NCBI GenBank assembly: GCA_965203965.1
Contig: CBDBDR010000017.1
Coordinates: 768,001-832,000, forward strand
DNA from: Thermodesulfobacteriota bacterium
GTDB lineage: Bacteria > Desulfobacterota_D > UBA1144 > Nemesobacterales > JAJCZQ01
Reading direction: 5' to 3'
Length of the DNA: 64,000 nt
Every line of letters begins with the position of its first letter. Positions within the stretch are counted from its first letter, which is position 1. The notes under the pieces are model-generated. The model saw only the letters and a program-made list of their open reading frames with translations. It had not been told where the DNA came from and ran no database searches. The position numbers were made by a program, and so were the translations under genes. Below, one piece after another: positions 31,711 to 41,232 of this stretch.

Positions 31711-32997
31711 ATGTCCAAGTTGAACAAATTTGATAACATAGACAAGCCAGACCAAAATATTATTGATGACTGTGTGCATTGTGGTTTTTGCTTGAGCGCC
31801 TGCCCAACCTATCTTGAGACCGGTAATGAACTTGACTCTCCAAGAGGAAGGATCTACCTGATCAAGTCTGTTATGGAGGAAAAAATACCCCTGGGAAGCA
31901 ATGTGGTGAAGCACCTTGATAAATGCCTTGGATGTTTAGCCTGTGAGACTGCCTGTCCGTCCGGGGTCAAATACAGACATTTAATAGAATCGTCAAGATC
32001 TCAAATAGAGAGAAATTACACAAGGAGTCTATTTGACAAACTGTTCAGGTGGTTCATTTTCAAACTGTTTCCTTATCAGAACCGTCTCAGCCTGATTTTA
32101 CCGTTGCTTTACCTTTATAATAAGAGCGGACTTCGCAGACTGGTCGCTTTTACAGGGGTAATGAAACAGATATCAAAGGACCTTCATAGAATGGAACAGA
32201 TAATCCCCTCACCCGACACCATAAAGACTATAAAGTATCCTGAGGTAATACCATCAAGAAATGAAACAAAACATAGGGTGGCTTTTCTGACCGGATGTGT
32301 TCAGAACGCATTTTTTTCAAAAACGAACATATCAACTATCGAGGTGCTAACAAAACTTGAGTGCGAGGTTGTCGTCCCTCGTCACCAGACTTGCTGCGGT
32401 GCTTTATCTAATCATTCTGGAAGACTTGAAGAAGGCAGAGAGTTTGCGCGTAATGTAATTGATACATTTACCGAGTTAGATGTTGATCATGTTATTGTCA
32501 ATTCAGCAGGATGTGGATCAAATATTAAGGAATACGGCAAACTGCTCGCCAATGATGATAAATACTCATTGAAGGCAAAAAAACTAGGAGAAAAGACCCG
32601 GGATATAATGGAATTTATAGACGATATAGGAATAAATGGAAAATTAAGAGAGTTGAACTTAAAAGTAACTTATCAGGACGCCTGCCACATTGCACATGGG
32701 CAATCTATAAGAAGTGCTCCAAGAAACGTGCTTCTTAGCATCCCCGGACTACGTTTAATAGAAATGAACGAATCAGATCACTGCTGTGGCAGCGCAGGAA
32801 TATATAATCTCGTTGAATCGGAAATGGCTGAAAAAATTCTTCACAGAAAAATCTCAAATATTAAAAAGACCAGTGCTGATGTAATAGCTGCTGGAAATCC
32901 CGGTTGCTTGATACAAATCCAAAAAGGTATAAGGGAAAACAATCTGAAAATTGATACCAAACACCCGATAGAACTGTTAAACAAAGCATTATACTAA
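31711..32997 (+). CDS. glcF: Glycolate oxidase iron-sulfur subunit GlcF
   Basis: CVHCGFCLSACP and CLGCLACETACP [4Fe-4S] motifs; two CCG domains (TCCGA, HCCGSAG). Confidence 0.92.
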   Translation: MSKLNKFDNIDKPDQNIIDDCVHCGFCLSACPTYLETGNELDSPRGRIYLIKSVMEEKIPLGSNVVKHLDKCLGCLACETACPSGVKYRHLIESSRSQIERNYTRSLFDKLFRWFIFKLFPYQNRLSLILPLLYLYNKSGLRRLVAFTGVMKQISKDLHRMEQIIPSPDTIKTIKYPEVIPSRNETKHRVAFLTGCVQNAFFSKTNISTIEVLTKLECEVVVPRHQTCCGALSNHSGRLEEGREFARNVIDTFTELDVDHVIVNSAGCGSNIKEYGKLLANDDKYSLKAKKLGEKTRDIMEFIDDIGINGKLRELNLKVTYQDACHIAHGQSIRSAPRNVLLSIPGLRLIEMNESDHCCGSAGIYNLVESEMAEKILHRKISNIKKTSADVIAAGNPGCLIQIQKGIRENNLKIDTKHPIELLNKALY

Positions 32998-33071
32998 AAT
33001 CGGGATACAAGCAACAGTAACCCCAAATTAAGTTTCAATAAAATAAATTATTAAAGCAAAAGGGTTACAAT

Positions 33072-33344
33072 CTACAATACTGAATCTTTAGCAGCTTTAG
33101 CAACTCTGAACTTTACAACCTTCTTGGCCGGGATATGAATGGGTTCTCCAGTAGAGGGGTTGCGTCCAGTGCGAGCTTTACGATCGTCCAAGACTAATTT
33201 ACCTAAACCGGGTATTGTAAATTGACCTTTGCTTTTAGTCTCCCTACAAGCAACCTGAACTAATTCGTCAATAATCTCTCCAGCTGTTTTCTTGGTAATG
33301 CCAGCTTGCCCTGCAATATGAGAACTGAGTTCTGACTTTGTCAT
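33072..33344 (-). CDS. hup: HU family DNA-binding protein
   Basis: MTKSEL, IPGLGKL and RKARTGRNPSTGEPIHIPAKKVVKF. Confidence 0.93.
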   Translation of the reverse strand: MTKSELSSHIAGQAGITKKTAGEIIDELVQVACRETKSKGQFTIPGLGKLVLDDRKARTGRNPSTGEPIHIPAKKVVKFRVAKAAKDSVL

Positions 33345-33376
33345 TGGTTTTGCATCCTCCTTTAATCTCTGACTGG

Positions 33377-33395
33377 GATACTCTATAAGAGTATC
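33377..33395. promoter_or_regulatory. Perfect 8-3-8 palindrome in the divergent hup/RND promoter region
   Basis: GATACTCT-ATA-AGAGTATC; function inferred from position only. Confidence 0.4.
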
Positions 33396-33524
33396 AACAT
33401 AAAGTCAACTTTGATTTGAGTATAAATAATGTCAAAATCTATGCTATCATTTCTCAACCAATATATCAATAATTTCAGCTAAACTATATAGACAACTTAA
33501 CCACAAAGAGGTTTAGTATTCAAT

Positions 33525-34646
33525 ATGGCTAAAACTACAAAGAGGCAGTGGTTTACCTTTTCATTCATAGTAGGGATCTTTTTAATATTGCTGTTCGGAC
33601 TCTATTTAAGGTTAAGTTCCGTTCGTTCGCAAGCAATCAAAAACATCCCAACAACAATACCAAAACCTGTAAAAATCATCTCTCCCATTGCTTCGGATAA
33701 CTGGTTGTATCGTGAATTGATAGGACGTGTTGAAGGAGGGCAGACCGTTAACGTTCATGCCAACGTTAGTGGCTGGGTGAACCAAATACACTTCAAAAGA
33801 GATGATGGTGTCAGAAAAGGTGAAGTCATATTAGAGCTTGCCGATGAAAGAAAAAACGTTGCACTTCAGGAGGCAAAGTTCAGATTGGAAGCCTCAAAAA
33901 CAAAACTAAAAGAGACGGAGAGGAGATATGCGCAAAACCAAACTCTGTTTAAAAAAGGGATAATTTCCAAAGACAGCCTTGACTCCAGTAAAAACCAACT
34001 TGAAATTGAAAAAGCAAACACGAAAGTCCTTGAAGCCTCATACAAAAGAGTGAAATGGAACTTTGATAACCTGAAAATAAGAGCAGCAATTGACGGGAAT
34101 GTAATTGACATTATCCCTGACGTTGGTCAGGAAGTATTTGAAGGCAATCTGGTTGCAAAGGTTGTTAATTTAAGTGGTAAAAGGTTAATAGCTGGAGCTG
34201 ATGCGGAAATTGCGAGACTTGTAAAAACCGGGGATGTAGTTGACTTGCTTTCAAACTCACAGAGACACAGTGAAAATAGAAAAGGGGAAATTGTAGGTGT
34301 CAGCAGAAGTTCGAACAATAGAGGAACCTATGAAATAGAGGTAAAAATTTTGTCGAACGGCGTTAGCTGGTGGCCTGGAGAAATAGTAATAATAAAAATC
34401 CCAACAAAGAGAATTAGTAACGTGGTAAGAATACCACGTAATGCTTTTCTGTTCGGCAGATCAAACGAAATTTTTATATTCGTATCTAAAAACGGCAAGA
34501 GCCTAAAAATACCAATAGAGGTAACGTGGCTAGATGATAAAACAGGACTTGTTCCCGTTGAGATGCTTCCCCATGACTGTCAAATAATCATTGAAGGCGG
34601 ATCAGGATTGAGCAACGGTCAGGAGATAAAAGTAATTACGGAATAA
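33525..34646 (+). CDS. RND efflux periplasmic adaptor (membrane fusion protein)
   Basis: N-terminal TM anchor, lipoyl halves (ANVSGWV...GDGVRKG-like; IRAAIDGNV) and a helical hairpin; upstream of the RND permease. Confidence 0.88.
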   Translation: MAKTTKRQWFTFSFIVGIFLILLFGLYLRLSSVRSQAIKNIPTTIPKPVKIISPIASDNWLYRELIGRVEGGQTVNVHANVSGWVNQIHFKRDDGVRKGEVILELADERKNVALQEAKFRLEASKTKLKETERRYAQNQTLFKKGIISKDSLDSSKNQLEIEKANTKVLEASYKRVKWNFDNLKIRAAIDGNVIDIIPDVGQEVFEGNLVAKVVNLSGKRLIAGADAEIARLVKTGDVVDLLSNSQRHSENRKGEIVGVSRSSNNRGTYEIEVKILSNGVSWWPGEIVIIKIPTKRISNVVRIPRNAFLFGRSNEIFIFVSKNGKSLKIPIEVTWLDDKTGLVPVEMLPHDCQIIIEGGSGLSNGQEIKVITE

Positions 34647-34651
34647 TATTT

Positions 34652-37600
34652 ATGCATATAGCTGATCTTTCAGTTAGAAATTCCGTTTTCGTCAACCTAT
34701 TGATGGTAGCAATAGTAATCATCGGATTGGCATTTGCCCTTGTTACCCCCCTTGAGCTTTTTCCCTCAATAGAGACTGAAATCATAAGGGTGCAAACTTC
34801 GTTTCCCGGATCATCTGCTGAAGATATTGAAAACCTTGTAACTATTCCAATTGAAGAGGAAGTAAAAAATATCTCAGAAATTAAAGTTTTACGATCCACT
34901 TCCTCCGAGGGGCTGTCCATTATTACAGCAGAGATAGAATCGGGAGAAGATATGTTGCGGGTTGCTCAGGATATTGATTCCAAAATATCAAGTATAAAGG
35001 ACAAACTCCCTGAAGGTGCTGAAAATCCTGTTGTTGAAAATTCAAGGTCTACCTTTCCCCTGCTAAATGTTGCTATCGCTGGAGATGTGCCCAGACAAAT
35101 GCTCAGGAGTCACGCCGTTAGGCTCAAAGATGAGTTGCAGCTCATCGAAGGTGTGGACAGCATCATTCTTTCGGGAATTGGCAATCTAATATTTTGGATT
35201 AATTTGGATTACCAAAAAGTCCATCAATACAAAATTAGTATTGACCAAATATCAAATGCAATTATTAAAAAAAATCTAGACCTTCCCGGGGGTGGGTACA
35301 TTCAGGACACAACGGAACTCCTTGTAAGAACCAGAGGAAAAGTTTATAACATAGACGACATATTGAATATTCCAATCATCCGAGACCCGAATGGGAAACA
35401 TGTGCTTATCAGAGACGTTGCCACAGTAAAGGTCGGCGAAGAAAAAGCCAAAACAAGTTCAAGGGTCAACGGCAAGCCGTCAATTACTTTTTGGATAAAT
35501 AAGCAAAAAAACATAGACGCAATTGATACCGTCAAAAAAATAAGACAATTTATCTCGGAGTTTCAAAGTACACTTCCTAGTTCAGTAACCGTTTATACCA
35601 CCAATGACAGCTCCATTTTGGTAAAAAACAGATTGAAGAGCCTGTTAAAAAGCGGTGGATTGGGACTGTTTTCCATATTGCTACTGCTCGGATTCTTTCT
35701 GGGTAGAAGGGCTGCTATAATTGCCGCTCTCGGAATTCCTGTGTCGTTTTTCGGCGCATTCATCCTGATGCAAACGAGCGGTATAACAATTAACATGCTT
35801 TCAATGTTTGGATTGATAATGGTGCTCGGAATATTAGTAGATGATGCAGTTATAGTTGTAGAAAATGTTCAGAGATATGTAAATCAAGGTATCCATCCAC
35901 GTGATGCTGCCATACGTGCTACAAAGGAAGTGGCACTGCCAGTAATAGCAACGGTGCTTACAAATATCGCGGCGTTTTTACCTTTGTTGCTCGCAACCGG
36001 TTTAATAGGACAGTTTTTGTCTGTTATTCCAAAAGTGGCAATTTTTGCCTTACTCATTTCACTGATTGAAGCACTATTGATAATGCCTTCACACTGTGCA
36101 GATTGGTTAAATCCGGAAGTAAAAAAAAATAACAACAAACGCAGATGGTTTTTAAAAGCAAGAACAATCTACTTAAACGGTCTGTATTTTGCACTTAGAT
36201 ACAGGTACGTGGTAGTTGGCACTTTCACCGCCATTTTATTTCTGAGTTTTTTTATAATCGCCAAAATTCCAAACGTAATGTTTTATGCGCATGACATAAA
36301 TGAATTCCAGATAAGAGTGGAAAATCCTTCTCAATCCAGTCTGGACTACACAAAAAACTCGGTAGCTAAAATTGAGGAAACAATTGAAAAAGTTATACCA
36401 GAGCATGCTTTGAAAAATACGGTTTCAATGATAGGAATTGATCTTACCGAAGGTGACACCCTATACTTCGGTGATCACTTGGCAAGCATCTTAGTTGAGT
36501 ATAAAGATTTTGAAAGCAGAAAAGAAAACGGTCTGGAGTTGAAAAACCTTCTGCGGGACAAAGTGGAAGCTACAGTTGTAGGACCCGAAAAATTGAATTT
36601 TATTCATAATGTGGGACCTCCAACTGGTAAGCCAGTTAAAATCCGTATATTGGGCAATGATTTTTCCACTCTCAAGCAAATTTCACAAACGATACAGGAA
36701 GAATTGGATAAATACGGAGGTGTTTATGGTATAACTGATGACCTTGCTCAGGGAAAATCAGAGATCAGGATCAATGTTGACGAAAGAAAAGCTGCTATAT
36801 TCGGACTGGATACACGCACTATTGCCAGAGAAATAAGAGCACTTGTTGATGGACTTACCGTTGCACAAACAAGAATTGGGAAAGAGGAAACCGATATTAA
36901 TATTAAATATGATATTCCATCGGAAAACGTTCTCAACCTGCTCCAATCACATCAAATACTGACCCCTGATAAAGACCAAGTGGCTCTGGGAACAATCGCC
37001 AACATTGAAATAGAACCCGGAATTTTAGACATTAAGAGATTTGACTTTAACCGCGCTGTTTCAATAACGGCCGAAGTTGACCAGAAAGTTACAACTTCAC
37101 GGGAGGTAAATTCAAATATATCAACCTACATAAAAAACCTACTGAAAAGCTATCCGGGTTATGGATATAAACTTGCTGGAGAAGCAGAAGACTATCAGAG
37201 GACCGTGGAAGATATGATAAAAGCCTCAATAGTTGCAATAATTTTGATCTATCTAATTATGGCAACTATTTTAAGGTCATATCTCCAGCCTTTTATCATA
37301 ATGAGTGTATTACCGTTCACTCTTGTGGGTTTAACCACCGGAATACTTTTAAGAGGAGAGCCTATAACTCTGCCCGCGATTATCGGACTTATTGCACTGC
37401 TTGGAATAGTTGTAAATGACAGCCTTGTTCTTATAGACTTTACAAATAAGAGAAAAGACAGGTTCAAAAATACGATACTTGCCGTTGTAATGTCTGCAAA
37501 ACACAGGTTCAGACCTATAATCTTAACAACTCTAACAACATTCTCGGGACTCTCAACGCTAATGTTCGCATACAGAGGAGAAGCCGCCTTCCTTGCTCCA

Positions 37601-37753
37601 ATGGCAACGGCACTGGGTTTCGGGCTGCTTTTCTCAACGATAATTTTACTCTACTTAATTCCCTGTCTCTACATGATTTTGGATGATCTGGTAAATTGGA
37701 CAAAGTGGAAAGCGAAACGAGGGTCGGCCATTTCTGTGCAAAGTGGAACTTAA
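34652..37753 (+). CDS. RND efflux transporter permease (AcrB/AcrD/AcrF family)
   Basis: 1033 aa; FPGSSAEDIE, GILVDDAVIVVEN, GIVVNDS and RFRPIILTTLTT. Confidence 0.93.
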   Translation: MHIADLSVRNSVFVNLLMVAIVIIGLAFALVTPLELFPSIETEIIRVQTSFPGSSAEDIENLVTIPIEEEVKNISEIKVLRSTSSEGLSIITAEIESGEDMLRVAQDIDSKISSIKDKLPEGAENPVVENSRSTFPLLNVAIAGDVPRQMLRSHAVRLKDELQLIEGVDSIILSGIGNLIFWINLDYQKVHQYKISIDQISNAIIKKNLDLPGGGYIQDTTELLVRTRGKVYNIDDILNIPIIRDPNGKHVLIRDVATVKVGEEKAKTSSRVNGKPSITFWINKQKNIDAIDTVKKIRQFISEFQSTLPSSVTVYTTNDSSILVKNRLKSLLKSGGLGLFSILLLLGFFLGRRAAIIAALGIPVSFFGAFILMQTSGITINMLSMFGLIMVLGILVDDAVIVVENVQRYVNQGIHPRDAAIRATKEVALPVIATVLTNIAAFLPLLLATGLIGQFLSVIPKVAIFALLISLIEALLIMPSHCADWLNPEVKKNNNKRRWFLKARTIYLNGLYFALRYRYVVVGTFTAILFLSFFIIAKIPNVMFYAHDINEFQIRVENPSQSSLDYTKNSVAKIEETIEKVIPEHALKNTVSMIGIDLTEGDTLYFGDHLASILVEYKDFESRKENGLELKNLLRDKVEATVVGPEKLNFIHNVGPPTGKPVKIRILGNDFSTLKQISQTIQEELDKYGGVYGITDDLAQGKSEIRINVDERKAAIFGLDTRTIAREIRALVDGLTVAQTRIGKEETDINIKYDIPSENVLNLLQSHQILTPDKDQVALGTIANIEIEPGILDIKRFDFNRAVSITAEVDQKVTTSREVNSNISTYIKNLLKSYPGYGYKLAGEAEDYQRTVEDMIKASIVAIILIYLIMATILRSYLQPFIIMSVLPFTLVGLTTGILLRGEPITLPAIIGLIALLGIVVNDSLVLIDFTNKRKDRFKNTILAVVMSAKHRFRPIILTTLTTFSGLSTLMFAYRGEAAFLAPMATALGFGLLFSTIILLYLIPCLYMILDDLVNWTKWKAKRGSAISVQSGT

Positions 37754-37812
37754 TAACAATTCTCAGATGAACCTGTTTTTATAATAAATAACCAAGCTAC
37801 AATTATTAAAAA

Positions 37813-38952
37813 CTAATTCCTCAACTCCCTGCAACCCCTGATAATTATCTCTATCGCTGCGTCAATTTCTCCAACTGTATTTTCCTCACTGAAGCTGAAC
37901 CTGATACTTGAATACACGTCTTTTTCACTCATACCCATAGCTCGCAGAACATAAGACGGTGCGCTGTCCATGTTCGTACAGGCTGAACTCTGTGAACACC
38001 TGACACCTTCTCTATCCAGATATTTAACCAACTCTCTGCCATCAACACCGCCAAACATAACATTAGAAGTATTACAAATTCTATTTTGCCCGGCACCATT
38101 AATTTTTATTCCTTCAATTCTTTCTGACAACGCATATTCAAAAGTATTTCTTAACTCGCTCATGTATCTGATTGTTTCATCTATATTTTTGCTTCTCAAC
38201 TCGCAAGCCTTTCCCATACCCACAATTCCCGGAAGGTTCTCCGTTCCGGGTCTGAACCCCTCTTCTTGAAAACCTCCAAATAACAAGGGGTGAATAGTTA
38301 TTTTTTCCTTAACGTATATTGCCCCAATGCCCTGCGGTGCATGAAACTTGTGACCTGCAAGTGTCAGGTAATCAACATCAATGTCTTTCACACTGAACTT
38401 TATTTTGCCGACTGATTGAGCAGCATCTGTATGAAAAGGAACTTCCTGTTCAGCGCATATATCTATTATCTCATCTATGTTTTGCATGATACCGGTTTCA
38501 TTGTTGACCCACTGCACTGAAACAAGGTCTACGGGTGCTCTTGCAAGCAATCTTTTCAGATCATTAACATCAACCATGCCATCCCCGTTAATTTTTATGT
38601 ATTCAATCTCAACATCGTTTATGGTAAGAAAATCGCACATTTTAAGTATTGAGGAATGCTCCACACTAGTGGTTAAAATCCTTGCACTGTTTTTTGAACC
38701 GATTGAGCAGGAATAAAAAACCAGATTGTTCGCCTCCGTTCCGGAGCTTGTAAAGAGTATATTATCACAGTTACACCCTAAAAGATCAGCAAGTAATCGG
38801 CGGGATTCTAACAGGTGGCCTCTTGCCCTTTTACCTGCCGAGTGAATACTTGAAGGATTGCCAAACTCCTCACCCATGGTCTTCATTACCTCTTCTCTTA
38901 CCGGCTGAAGAGGACGTGTTGTGGCATTGTTATCAAAATATATTTCCTTCAT
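37813..38952 (-). CDS. Cysteine desulfurase (IscS/NifS-like, atypical catalytic loop)
   Basis: YFDNNATT, GNPSS, FTSSGTEANN, NNETG, HTDAAQ, GHKFHAPQG and CSQSSACT. Confidence 0.9.
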   Translation of the reverse strand: MKEIYFDNNATTRPLQPVREEVMKTMGEEFGNPSSIHSAGKRARGHLLESRRLLADLLGCNCDNILFTSSGTEANNLVFYSCSIGSKNSARILTTSVEHSSILKMCDFLTINDVEIEYIKINGDGMVDVNDLKRLLARAPVDLVSVQWVNNETGIMQNIDEIIDICAEQEVPFHTDAAQSVGKIKFSVKDIDVDYLTLAGHKFHAPQGIGAIYVKEKITIHPLLFGGFQEEGFRPGTENLPGIVGMGKACELRSKNIDETIRYMSELRNTFEYALSERIEGIKINGAGQNRICNTSNVMFGGVDGRELVKYLDREGVRCSQSSACTNMDSAPSYVLRAMGMSEKDVYSSIRFSFSEENTVGEIDAAIEIIIRGCRELRN

Positions 38953-38966
38953 TGTCTCTTAAATTA

Positions 38967-39407
38967 TTAATTGTGGCTATTTTTTGGATCTCTCCCACCA
39001 GAACGATTGGTATCTGTTGCTTGTTCATTGACCAACTCTTCCCTGAGAAGCAAAGTTATGCAGGGTGTGTTTTGGATTGGACTAACTGCCCCAAGATAGG
39101 AAAGTATTTCTACATTACGCGTTTTCCCCTCTCTGGTCAAATCCACGTTAAAAATCAGCAAGTTAGACCTGCTGATTTGCCTGTGTATTCTAATTGAATA
39201 GACTAGCTTTTGAAGTATCAGTTGTATCCGGTTTCGGTCTGTTTCTCCTTTTTGAAGCGAGCGACCATCGGGGGTTATCCACTCATTCCAGACCCCTGAC
39301 GTGGTAAAAACCGGAAAAGGAAGCCCTATTTTCTTTGCATTTTCCGTTACATCATGCTGTATCCCATCATCAAGATCTGATTCCCTATTGATTATAAAGT
39401 TCTGCAT
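38967..39407 (-). CDS. DUF6573-like hypothetical protein
   Basis: DDG..HDVTENAKKIGLPFPVFTTSGVWNEWI...PCITLLLREE resembles the DUF6573 pattern (recognised from memory, not searched). Confidence 0.6.
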   Translation of the reverse strand: MQNFIINRESDLDDGIQHDVTENAKKIGLPFPVFTTSGVWNEWITPDGRSLQKGETDRNRIQLILQKLVYSIRIHRQISRSNLLIFNVDLTREGKTRNVEILSYLGAVSPIQNTPCITLLLREELVNEQATDTNRSGGRDPKNSHN

Positions 39408-39490
39408 TCTTTTAAAAGTTTAGCATTTTATGTTTTAAATTCATAAATTGCCTTTATAATTTCCGTTTTATAACAGGTGCAAACTACATA

Positions 39491-40276
39491 ATGCCTTCCA
39501 CCAAACATAATTCAGTTCATATCACTGCGATAAATGATTTCCCCAATGAGATCAAACCCGGAGATGATCTGCCGAGGATCATAGCAAATTGCATATTAAA
39601 AAATAATTTTGAGATCAAGAATGACGACATAATACTGGTGGCACAAAAGGTAGTATCAAAGGCGGAAAATCGCATAGTTGACCTTGGAAAAATAAATCCA
39701 TCGGATTTTGCTATAACAGTGGCAGAAGAGGTATCAAAAGATCCAAGACTGGTGGAGGTAATTCTTTTGGAAACCCGCAAAATAATCCGTATGGACCTGA
39801 GAAAAAAAAACAAGGGTAGATTAATAACGGAATGCAGGAATGGACTGATATTGGCAAACGCTGGGGTTGATACGTCAAACGTGCCGGGGGGTAATCATGT
39901 AACTCTGCTACCATTAGATCCGGACGGATCAGCAGAAAAAATAAAAGATTATCTTGAAAAAGAATTCAGAAAGAAAATAGCAGTAATTATCACTGACACC
40001 GCGGGAAGACCATGGAGAGATGGGCTTGTTGACATTGCTATCGGATGTTCTGGAATAAAAGCATTGGACGATAAAAGGGGCATTAAAGACTCCTGCGGTT
40101 TCACACTTAACGCCACCGTAATGGCTACAGCGGACCAAGCAGCTGCTTCCGCCGGACTGTTAATGGAAAAAAACAGCCGAACACCTCTGGTTATCATCAG
40201 GGGATTAAAATACGGAAGAAATAAAAAAGGCTCAAAAAACCTGATTAGAAACCCAAAGGAAGACCTGTTCAGATAA
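39491..40276 (+). CDS. cofE: Coenzyme F420-0:L-glutamate ligase
   Basis: PEIKPGDDL-like start, QKVVSKAE, ANAGVDTSN, LLPLDPDGSA, IITDTAGRPWRDG, ADQAAASA and C-terminal DLFR. Confidence 0.88.
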   Translation: MPSTKHNSVHITAINDFPNEIKPGDDLPRIIANCILKNNFEIKNDDIILVAQKVVSKAENRIVDLGKINPSDFAITVAEEVSKDPRLVEVILLETRKIIRMDLRKKNKGRLITECRNGLILANAGVDTSNVPGGNHVTLLPLDPDGSAEKIKDYLEKEFRKKIAVIITDTAGRPWRDGLVDIAIGCSGIKALDDKRGIKDSCGFTLNATVMATADQAAASAGLLMEKNSRTPLVIIRGLKYGRNKKGSKNLIRNPKEDLFR

Positions 40277-40299
40277 TGAAACTTCGGTTTGATAAAGAC

Positions 40300-41172
40300 T
40301 CATAACTGCACGCCGTCAAAATATATAAGAAACGTGGTAACAATGACCCAGAGAACGACACAGGCCAGCATCCAGTTATCTTTTAATAATACATCAGTCG
40401 GATCCCCTTTTGATTTTACGTTGACCAGATAGAGGTATCTTAACACGCCAAAACAGACAAAAGGCATGGTAAACACAATCCAATCCAACCCTTTGTCCAT
40501 TAGATAAAACGAATATGTTATAAGTGATGCCGCGGAAAATACAATCACACCGCTGTTCAAAAATGAATCATTATAATTATTAAGAACCTTTCGAAAATTT
40601 AATCCCTCATCAAGAAGTTTCAATTCGGTTTTTCTTTTACCGAACACCAGAAGCAGAGACAGAAAAAAAGTCAACAGAATTAGCCAACCTGAAACTGAAG
40701 TTCCACTACCAACGCCACCCGCTAATATCCTGAATAAAAATCCGCTGGACACACATAAAAGTTCTATTATAACAAGGTCTTTCAGAAATGAGGTGTAAGA
40801 CAAGACAATTACAAGATAGAGGTTAAGAATCAGCACAAATGGTAAATTAATTTTGAGTCCGGTAAACATTCCCAGACATAAAAGCAAAACAGCAACAATG
40901 GCCGCGGTAGCAGGTTTAATTCTGCGGTTTGCAATGGGTCTATTTTTCTTGACGAAATGCTTCCTGTCAGATTCGCTGTCAACAATATCGTTAAATATGT
41001 ATCCAGTCGAAGATATGAAAGAAAATGAGAAAAAAGCAAGCACAACCGTAACAAAATTGTCCGTGCTATCAAATAATGTTCCGCTAAAGAAAGATGGCGC
41101 AATAACTAAACAGTTTTTCATCCAGTGATTCAGACGTATTAGTAAAATATAGTCCCTGACAACGGATATCAT
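40300..41172 (-). CDS. UbiA-family prenyltransferase, decaprenyl-phosphate phosphoribosyltransferase-like
   Basis: LIRLNHWMKN, YIFNDIVD..SDRKH..KKNRPIA, FGKRKTE and GDPTDVLLKD. Confidence 0.85.
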   Translation of the reverse strand: MISVVRDYILLIRLNHWMKNCLVIAPSFFSGTLFDSTDNFVTVVLAFFSFSFISSTGYIFNDIVDSESDRKHFVKKNRPIANRRIKPATAAIVAVLLLCLGMFTGLKINLPFVLILNLYLVIVLSYTSFLKDLVIIELLCVSSGFLFRILAGGVGSGTSVSGWLILLTFFLSLLLVFGKRKTELKLLDEGLNFRKVLNNYNDSFLNSGVIVFSAASLITYSFYLMDKGLDWIVFTMPFVCFGVLRYLYLVNVKSKGDPTDVLLKDNWMLACVVLWVIVTTFLIYFDGVQL

Positions 41173-41232
41173 GCCAGCACCATTCTATAACCTCTTAGTT
41201 TTATTTCAATTGACGTGTATGTTTCTAAAATA

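Noticed and set aside
33017..33068. GTAACCC...GGGTTAC inverted repeat as a bidirectional terminator between glcF and hup
   Set aside because: The stem is only 7 bp with a 38-nt AT-rich loop and no clear U-tract, which is too weak to call.
33440..33460. Second Fur-type box upstream of the RND adaptor (tgctatcatttctcaa)
   Set aside because: Only one half-site matches, which is expected by chance in AT-rich DNA.
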